A stretch of DNA of 63,355 bases, the filler included. It is 5 parts of 5 records of this genome, joined end to end, with 100 filler letters (N's around TTAATTAATTAA, not from the genome) between each part and the next. Parts side by side here need not be neighbours in the genome. Positions count along the whole stretch, not along the records: positions 39,305 to 55,424 come from DRR378314_1811; positions 55,525 to 63,355 come from DRR378314_1818; 3 more parts are not named here. One strand, written 5' to 3'. Under the pieces are notes generated by a model. That model searched no databases and was not told the origin of the DNA. It saw only the letters and a program-made list of their open reading frames with translations. The translations under genes and the position numbers were made by a program. Position 1 is the first letter of the stretch; each line of letters opens with the position of its first letter. Below are positions 54,473 to 63,355 of the stretch, piece after piece.

Positions 54473-55424
54473 TTATTCCCCGTAAGGCACCCAGACGTTT
54501 TTGACTTCGGTGGCGGCTTGCAGGAAGACGCGCCCTTCACCCGCGGCACCCATCCAGTCACGCGCCTTGCCGTTGTTCACCCATGTGCGCTTCAGGTTTC
54601 CGGCTGAGGTCTGTTCAACAACATGCCCCAGCGCCGCCGCGCCAAAGCTCCAGACAGCGTCCACATCCAGATGGCGTGCCAGAGGTTCGGCCAGATCCGC
54701 TTGCGGCCCGGTCAATATGTTCACCACACCCGCTGGCACATCGGAGGTTTCCAACACCTGCACAAAGTCAGTCGCTGCCAGGGGAAATGGTTCGGAGGCG
54801 GAAAGGATGACCCGGTTGCCCATGGCAATCGCCGGTGCCATGCAGGAGATCAGCCCCAGCAACGGTGCCTCGGCAGGGCAGAGCGCCCCGATCACACCAA
54901 CCGGTTCATTCATCGCCAAAGCGACGCCGCGAATGGGTACGCCGTGGACCTGCCCGTCATATTTGTCGGCCCAAGCGGCATAGGTGAACAGACGCTTTAC
55001 ACTGGCCGCGACCTCTTTCGCGCCGCCCTTGCCGCCTTGCATTGCGTCCAGTCGTGCGGCAAATTCCTCTGCCCGCGCGTCCAGATTTTCCGCGATGTAA
55101 TACAGGATTTGTGCCCGCAGGTGGCCGGTTGTCTTGGACCATCCTTTGGCGGCCTGTGCGGCCTCAACTGCGTTACGGATATCTTTGCGGTTCGCGATAC
55201 TGGCATGGCCCAGCAGCTTGCCCGATTTGCCATAGACCGGCGCGGAATAGCCGCCATCAGGACGTGCCTGTTTTCCGCCGATATAAAGTTTCGCGGTGCG
55301 GTCCACACCATCAACAGGACCACCTTCGCCGGAAAAGGCGCTGATCTCTTTCAATGGTTTGGTTTTGCCCTTGGGCTTTGTGTATCCGGCCAGCCCTTCC
55401 CAGCCGCCTTCGCGGCCAAAGCCG
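54473..55424 (-). CDS. Two-domain (ALDH16-type) aldehyde dehydrogenase, C-terminal part (5' truncated)
   Basis: Reads GFGREGGWEGL at the contig edge, then a second ALDH half DRTAKLYIGGKQARPD...KNVWVPYGE. Confidence 0.88.
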
Positions 55425-55524
55425 NNNNNNNNNNNNNNNNNNNNNNNNNNNNNNNNNNNNNNNNNNNNTTAATTAATTAANNNNNNNNNNNNNNNNNNNN
55501 NNNNNNNNNNNNNNNNNNNNNNNN
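55425..55524. other. Artificial contig spacer
   Basis: 44 N + TTAATTAATTAA + 44 N. Confidence 0.99.
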
Positions 55525-58500
55525 CACGGACCGCAGCAGTTTGTCCTGTTCCCCTGAGGAACATTATGAATATATGGATATCGTTATCGATCTATGCATG
55601 CGTTGTTGTTTGTACATGTATGCCTCGGGGCGGGAGAGTTCGGCGTGCACTTGGTGAGGACGCAATTGCTACAGGGCGTCGGCGCTTGTCAAAGGGGCAC
55701 ATGCGGCGCGCATGCCTCCGTGGTCGGTCGGAATTAGCCGGAAGACGCCTGTCTAACGAACGCACACTTTTCACGACAGGCAGCGCTTGCTATTGCACCC
55801 TCTTGCTTGGAAAACCGGCGATCACAACACGATTGCAACGCTGTCACTTTCACAAACTATGTTTTACAGCTTTTACAAGAGCATCGGATCAGAAGCGACG
55901 TTGGATGCACGTAATTGTGGAAATCGGTAGTGCGGGGGTGCAGCGTGTGTACGGCTGCATCCGGTCGCTTCTATTCACGCAAGAGCGCTTGTGTGTACCG
56001 CCAGTTTGGGCCTGGCGCCGTGACCTGTCGGCGCCAGCGCGTTCCTGTAAATGCGAAAAGGCGCCTTATCGAACACACCCCGTACTTCTTATGCATTTTC
56101 ACCCCAGTTGATCAGACAGTATTCCTTAACTGGTGTGGTGCTGCACAGTGTGACAGCGTGTTGCGCGTAGCGAATCCGCCTAAGCAGCGCACATGCGCTT
56201 TCGCTGCTCCACGGTTCGGCAACGCGCAGAAGCGACGTTTCGGGGGCGCAGATGCACACTTGACGCTCTCGAAACCCCTCTCACCCCTTCGAGCACAAGC
56301 GCTACTAGGATGTGAGAGGTGGGAATGTGCTCCTATGTATAAAACATGAATATGCTGCATTAATACATGCCGCTCGACACTGCAGTGCCACCATTCAAAT
56401 AAGAAAACCAAGCAGTATGCAGAGGCTGTTCTTGCGCGCGCACGCTTTCTGGCGCCCACCGCTGCGGAGTCACGCAACCCATTGCTGTCTCCCGGCCGAT
56501 TTGTCCACGTGGGCGGGTAGCCGCGGGGCGCAACCACAGCATGCACAGGCCCTAGCGGACGTTATGTTTCGTGCTAAGCGACGGCGTAGCCCGGTCTGCC
56601 AGATTTTACCTGCAGGCAGAACAGCATCGCGTCGCTGTCTCGTCGCCCCCATTCTTGAAGTTTTTTTTTTGAACGCGGCAGGAAAGCGCTTACAACTCCA
56701 CGCCCGGTGCAGACACTGGCAGCAACGGTACGTACCTCGCCGAAGCATTTGGTTCTCGCGCTGTGCCCGCTCCGCAGTGTGCCAAACTTTCGTGCCTTGG
56801 ATGCGCAGCAGACCCTCGCGCGTTGCTTGCCCAAAATGAAATTGCAAAACGCCATGAGCAGCATGTATGCGTTACCAGAAAGAAAAAAGAGCACCTGGAC
56901 GCCCTATTTCAAACGTGTTGGCGATTGTGCACTCACGGCGTGCTTGTACACCGCAGACCGGACACCCGCCCAGCGCAGTGGTGGTTGCGTTTGGCGTAGC
57001 AAGCTGTCGCCGGCGCGTCCACAATGAACCATAGCGGCCGGGGAGCCTGTTGCGACCTTACCGTTCGGCTGTTTCCCAAAAAAAAAATTTTTTTTATCCA
57101 CACATGGATTCCATAGTGTTTACGTACTACGTGGAGAATTTCAGTCAGGGGTTTAGGCGTACTGCGAAGAGCTCCGTTTCTCCACAGTAGCTAGCGCAGC
57201 GTTGCGCGCGGGTCGGTTGCGTTGGGCGCAAGATTTCCAGCTGCAATTCGCGACCCGAGCTACCCACCGCCGGTTAGCCAGGTCGTGTGGAGGCGCACCC
57301 CGTTTGCGCACACAGCAGGAACGCGGTACGCCATGAACCAGCGACGGAAATAAAACTGTTTCAGTATCTCTTAGGGAAAGTTTAAACTTTTTTGTCTTGT
57401 ACTGGGTTCCATCGTTTTGTGTTTTTCTTGTTGCGCGTGCGCGTGTCTGCATGGAACTCCTGTGCTGCGGGAAGCAGCGTGCTGGGGACGGCAGGGTGGC
57501 GCCGCTTCTCGGCCTCCGCACGCCTGCTCGCGCCCCCCCCCAAGCTTTTTTCTTTGTTTCTTTTTGGCCTGCTCCAACTTCAACGTCGCGTACTGTTTGG
57601 CGGCGCGTCGCAGGAGAACCAGCTTCCTCTGGCGACACAGAAAATAGCTTACTAAACGTGCTTGGTTAAGAACGAAATCGAGGGGAACCGACGCAAGAGT
57701 CATTGCAAGATGGGGAATTCTGCTGCTGCTGCAAAAGGTACGAACTTGGGACAGGGCGCGCTGTTTCTTTCAAACCGCAGGCGGGCTGGGAGTAGGCTCC
57801 GTTTCCGGAATCGATTGCACTCTCGTCCTCTCAGCGACTCCGCGTCCGCACTGTCACCTTTCCTCCCCAAGTCGCCGCACAGGGAAAGATCCCCAACCCT
57901 TCTGAATACCCTGTGCGAATATTTCGAGATTATAAAGGGAAATCAGAGCAATCTATTGTCATTTTTTGCAATCGCAAAACACCTGCGTAACGCATGTGCG
58001 AAAGCTAGCGGGAACGGGGAGAACAGGATTCTTGCTGCGACGCCGTGGGTGCGTGCGCGTGTAACGGCGGCGGCGCGCGCACGCACACACACTCAGGACG
58101 TGAAGAGGATGGAAAAGCGACTCTCAGTTGGCCTCCTCTGGCGCTGGAAAGCGTGAACTTCCTCTGGTTTCGGCCACGAATCGGATTTATTTCCCAAAGT
58201 TTGTAGAGTGTTACATACGCATTAGCGCCAATGTTATGGTGGATATCTACGCCGAAACAGGTAGCGGGTCGCCGCCTTCGTCCGGAGCTTCGTGGAGTAG
58301 CCCCGTTCGCCTCTCCAGTGCGCCTGCTGCCAGGTTCAAGCACACAGTCGATTTTGTGCTCTTCTACAGCTTCAGAAACACGTGGATCATGATCCTGCAC
58401 GGGAAGGCATATTTCGAGTTCGTTACAATGAATTGTTGCCTCCTGTTACAGGGGATGGGGAGCGGTAGAATGTACCCAGTCTCGGCTGTGTGGCAGGCAG

Positions 58501-58939
58501 CGTGCCGGCAAAAAGTAGCTCCAGGCGAAAGGCGCTGGCGGGCGGATCGACGCCGAGGTCTCAGCAATGCTGGCAACGCCAAGTGCACTCCTTGCCTATG
58601 CACATCTCTCAGCTTCCCGCCCTCCACGCACATAAACTATCAATGATAATATCTGTGTTTATAGCAGATGTGTGCCGCTGGCACAACCGTTCCTTGCGAT
58701 TAAGCGCAGTCCGCTGCCTTTCGCAAGGCACGCTGTGTCTCTTTCAAGTGGCCAACACCGCCGTCGTTGCGCAGCGTTGCTAGGATGATCCCCCATCACC
58801 GCCCAAGCTTGCCCAACCCAATCGTTTGCGCGGTTCTTCTTGTAGAAAGCGACGGCCACTTGTTATTGAATGCTCTCCTTTTGCAAAGAGGCCAGACGTA
58901 GTGTGTCGCGAGTGCCAGCCCACGTCGCTGTGTGCGTAG

Positions 58940-61322
58940 CGCGGAAGCGACGGTTGTGACGCCATGCGGTGCGCAGCCTGCGCCTAACCTGGAGCGCCTT
59001 GCCCTCGTCCAAAACCCTGTGTTGCAAATTTTAGTCGATAAGGCAGCACAAGATATCAAACGCGGACAACAGACAGTATCGCTCCGTGGCACCCCTGTGC
59101 GCACGGCCCCGATGGAGCGCCTCGCGAACGCTGTTGAAAGTGCTCCTGCGTTGCGTCATTTGTCGATTTCCAATGCTCGAGTTAAACCAAGCGCCGCCAA
59201 GCACCTTGGGAAAGCACTGCTGGTAAACCGGAGAATTCGTTTGTTAGATCTTGGGGGAAACCGACTCGGCAACCCGGGTGCTCTTCTCGTCGCTCGCGTG
59301 ATAACCGAGCAATCATTCATTTCCGAGCTTAACCTTTCCCAAAATGGAATCACACGGGTTGGAATACGGAGACTTGCAGAGGTGCTTCCAAAAGCAAAGC
59401 ATCTGCGAAAGCTTTCGCTTAGTGGCAATCCTATTGGAAACGATGGAGCAGCCGCACTGGGGAACGCGTTTTCGCGTGGTTGTACACTCGAAGAGTTGGA
59501 CATATCCATGTGCAATATCGACGCGCGAGGACTAGCATTCGCCGTGGAAGGGCTGTACAGTAATCACCGACTGCGGTGTTTCTATCTCGGGAAAAACAAA
59601 ATTCACTCCGATGGCGTTTTTGCTATCCGCACACTCCTCTCAAGGAACACCAGTTTGCGTATTCTGGCGATGGAAAGTTGCGACATTGGGGACCGCGGCG
59701 GAAGGGCACTTGCCGATGCAGTGCGCACTCACCCGTCGCTGGAGGTGCTACAACTCGCCGGAAATCGATGCTCACGAAGCATCGTGTCAGAAATAGAGAG
59801 TTCGCTGCGCGTGCAAGCCGTCGCTCGATTATTGGACCGCGGAAATCAGCAGCTTCTCTGTGTGGGTGGCAGTCTAGGAGAACTTGGGCTCCGTCGGCTG
59901 GCTTCCGCGATTGGGAATCACAGCCATTTGCGGACAGTGGACCTGAGCAGCACGGGACTGGGAGCGGGCCTGACCATAACGATGTGCACAGCTCTGGTAT
60001 CTCACCATTCGCTAGAGGTCCTTATCCTTGATGACAATCGTATTGGAGACGCTGGAGCGAATGCGGTTGCAGGGCTCCTCAATGCCGGCGTGCCGGTTGC
60101 AAAGCTGTTCCTTTCCGGCTGCGATATTGGAGACAAGGGTGTCGCAGCTGTTGCTTCTGCCATTCGTGACAGCCCGTATCTTACCTCGCTTGACCTTGCT
60201 GACAACACAATGACTGACATAGGAGGCAACGCATTGCTTCGAAGCATGCAAGGCAATGCGTCAGTCAGAGAGCTGACACTATCCAATGATTATATGTCCG
60301 ATTCTGTGGAGGCTGCATGCTCAGCCACCGCGTACCGGAACTACGTGATTTGGAAAATCAAGAAAGGAGAGACCGTTGAGGAGATTCTAATGCCGCAATC
60401 TAGTCTAGGAAGCGATGGGACACAGCGCATTCTCAACACTCTTAGCACCAGCAGTGTGTGCACACGTCTTTCGCTGGCACACAATGGGCTGCGCGCTTCG
60501 GGGGCAGCAGCGGTCGCGGTATTTCTTGGCCGAGATATGCGGCTTGCAGAGCTTGACATGTCTGACAATGCAATTGGCGAGGACGGATTCGCTGCCGTTG
60601 GTGACGCTCTTCGTTCCAACAGTACGCTAAAGAAGCTGTTCTTGGATAGAAACATGGGAGGAGAGGAAGGAATTGTAAAGTTTTGTGCAGGTTTGGCGGA
60701 TAACAGCACATTAGAATGGCTGTCACTGTCCGAAAATGCAGCGGGGCCGAATGGCGCGCAAGCGCTGGGGGTATCGCTCGCGAGGCACGCCAGCCTTTCC
60801 CACTTGTGGCTCGGCGAGAACGGGATAGGAGACGAAGGCTGCGAGAGGTTTGGCAATGAAGTTCGGCGAAATCAAAGCATGCGATTCCTCTTTCTGAACT
60901 CGAATCAAATAGCGAGCTTGGGTATGAAGGCCCTGATCGGGATGATGGGGAATTGCGCTTTGCGAGGGTTGGATATGTACAAGAACAAGCTGGACGACAG
61001 TGACGCTGACACGCTTGTAGGGCGCATACTCCGATGGAAGCATTTGCACCACATTGACATTCGAGAAAACGCATGCGGCAATGAGCACGCTGTGCGTGCT
61101 GCTGTTGCTGCCAAGCGGAGCCGAGGCGATATGGATCAAGCGGAGTGTGGCGCGTGGATGTCAATTGATGGCGTAAAGCTGCGTGAGGTTGCCGTTGCGG
61201 AGTATGAATTGCGTTTTGACTTTTGCGGAACGGCAGTGGATTGGCTTTTCTCGGATATTGACGCAAGTTCGCTTTCTGCCTTCTACCATGAGATGGATGT
61301 GAGGGACCAAGAAGAAGGCTAA
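58940..61322 (+). CDS. Eukaryotic ribonuclease-inhibitor-type LRR protein, large terminal exon (true start uncertain)
   Basis: Many ~28-aa LxxLxLxxNxIGxxG repeats in a 2.4-kb ORF; candidate acceptor gcgtag at 58939; first in-frame ATG at 59112. Confidence 0.88.
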
Positions 61323-62668
61323 TGTGTATCGGTATTACACACGTAACGATCGATTGTAAGGACACGGTTGGGCCGTTTCCTGTATGGGATTGGAAGCCAT
61401 CCGCGCTGTCGAAAGCGCAGAACGAACGGACCTTCTGCGGCGGCTGCGCAAAAGCGGATTGTAAGATTTGCGCGCTAGCAAATCTTTTCGCAGAATCCAA
61501 GCGTCATGAGAGGGATTTGCCTATGTAAAATTATCAAATAAAAGAGTTCTTTGGGTGCGCATACCTCATCTCGCGGTAATTTTCTCGCAACAATCCAATG
61601 CAATCGAACGATGCTCCTATCAAGGGCGTATTCGCGCAGGAAGGTGCCGACCTCCTATTTGCGCGTGAGTGGAAACGCGGGCCCTTTGCGCATGTCCGTT
61701 GCTCTGAATGATCCCGACGCATTCGCGTTTGCGCTTTGGACAGCTATGCGCGCTATTTGTTTACACAAAATCCTCTTGTCAGATCACTTTCGTGCACATC
61801 TGAATCTCGCATTGGCGCGAAAGGATCAGCGAAGCTTTCTGCCAAGCGACGGGAGGGGAACGAGATTTCCACGTTTTCTCTTTTGCGGTGGCCGCGCGTG
61901 CAGCATGTGTCGGCGACCTTCTCTTGCCGTGATCGTATTTTGTGCCATTCTATACGATGCTGTGTACGCAATAGCGAGTACACCATACAGAACGGGTCAA
62001 CGAGTAACTCACAATCAATACTGCTAAGAGCTGGTGTATGGGGTGCGACGTTTTTCTGTAACGCTTGTCTGTTTCCATTTGCAACTAGTAAATGGCCACT
62101 CTTGCACCTGTGCAGTAAGCGGCGACATATGGCGCACAAGGAAATAGCCAAAATCAAATCTAGTATTCATTGCAAATAGCCTCAAATCATTGCACCCATA
62201 AGGTTTATTATTTCTCAACGTTTGCAGATGGGTGGCGCGTCATCCAGGGACGAACAGTGCATGTTTTTGCCTGTACAGGCTGCATCCTCATTGAATCAAG
62301 AAGCTGTTCCCCCTTGGATGTTTCTGTGTGTAGCTGTGCAGTCCTGCGCTTTGCCATTCATTGTGTACATGACTACGTGATTCAGATTTTTGCTCTTAAT
62401 TTTACGTAGGGATCTTCTTTGCGCTGTACTTTTATGATTTGGACAGCAGCACGAGAGTGTCCTTTTTCGTTTGAGACCACGCGAGCGGCGTACACGCCCT
62501 TTTTGCTGTAGCGTTCGTGTGGCAACGCACTCGTCCTCGCAAGGCTCCCGTGTGCGCATTCAGAATATCGCTTCGATCTTCGCTCCTAATTTCGGAAGCA
62601 GCGATGCATGTTTATTTGATATGAAAGAAATAGATCCTGATAGTATGAGATAGCATGGAGTTCCGCAG

Positions 62669-63209
62669 TCATTCACAGTCGGTGTCGCTGCGAGACTTGT
62701 CCTTCCTGACGGAAAGGTGAACGTCGCCGAGTGCCCGTCGAAGCTACTCTCGCGTAGCGCGCCGTACGCGATCAGACATGCAGAACGAGAAGGGAAAAAA
62801 AACTTTTGACTGTAAGTAAAGTATCAAATTTGACAATGTGTCATATGGACCAATAAAAGCGGGTAGAAGGACAAGACACTCGCCGGCTGAACAGCAGTGT
62901 AGCCTCGTAGTTGAAGTTCAGCATGGTACACCGCACTGGGATGTGCAGCGACAGGGCCAAGATCGACTCTGGTGCTGCCGCTCCTGTCTTCTCCTGTTGG
63001 AATTTCCTTGCAAATACGAACCTTTCCCATGGCAATTGCCGCTAGCACACCCTTGCGAAATTTACGTCGCGCGTTGAAACGCAAAAGGTTTTCGCGAATC
63101 TCAAGAATGCCTCCCGATGCCTTTGAGTCGCGAAGCCATCGGTGGCCGAGTGACTCGGCGGCTGTTATTCTCTTTGAGGGGTCCACTTGCAGCATCATAG
63201 AGACGAGAT
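62669..63209 (-). CDS. Eukaryotic CaMK-family kinase, last two exons 63209-63022 and 62743-62669
   Basis: DLVSMMLQVDPSKRIT..HRWL (subdomain XI), LLRFNARRKFR autoinhibitory/CaM-binding segment; phase-0 GT..AG join to LRRALG...DCE*. Confidence 0.82.
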
Positions 63210-63355
63210 CTATCAGCCACCGCGACACAAAGAATCCGGATTAAGAGTGTATGGGGGTTTACGCTGGATTTGTATTGCTTAAGTTACATGCAAATCGAAA
63301 GCTGAGGACTATAAAGAGAGAGGTGATACTCGCAGCATCTCTGGGGACGGGTTAG

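Noticed and set aside
57094..57102. TTATCCACA DnaA-box match
   Set aside because: Lies in the eukaryotic contig beside a poly-T tract; chance match
55525..57700. Possible minus-strand multi-exon gene (donor-like GTACGT near 56733, GTGAGT near 56935)
   Set aside because: Could not build a phase-consistent model or recognise a product; needs RNA-seq
61323..62668. Short ORFs between the LRR and CaMK genes
   Set aside because: No motifs; likely UTR or intergenic sequence

Overview
This window is not one locus. It is five contigs joined by artificial 100-nt spacers (44 N + TTAATTAATTAA + 44 N). (1) 1-16118: alphaproteobacterium, probably Hyphomonadaceae-like; dnaK 3' end to thiC 5' end, including rpoE-chrR, rlmN, a PadR regulator and a TPP riboswitch. 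(2) 16219-29487: Rhodobacteraceae-like; smc, aminotransferase, FadR, F0 ATP synthase operon, DMT/ArsR/LysR/azoR. (3) 29588-39204: intron-rich eukaryote; S6K-like kinase 3' end, a 12-exon clan GH-A glycoside hydrolase and a phospholipase B1-like gene. (4) 39305-55424: Rhodobacteraceae-like; truB/rbfA/dapB/rsmB/purH/lspA/M16 peptidases/ALDH. (5) 55525-63355: eukaryote; large LRR exon and CaMK-like 3' end. This fits a protist/algal culture sequenced with its bacteria (inference; taxon calls come from gene order and protein resemblance, not a search). I saw no CRISPR array, rRNA, tRNA, prophage or transposase, and no clear multi-gene novel system. Best leads: an intact PstB-like ABC protein that has lost its signature motif, catalytic Glu and switch His (pseudo-ATPase); a ChrR anti-sigma lacking all four anti-sigma-domain Zn ligands; a fully spliced eukaryotic gene for a bacterial-looking DUF5060/GH5-like hydrolase; and several readable operator arrays.
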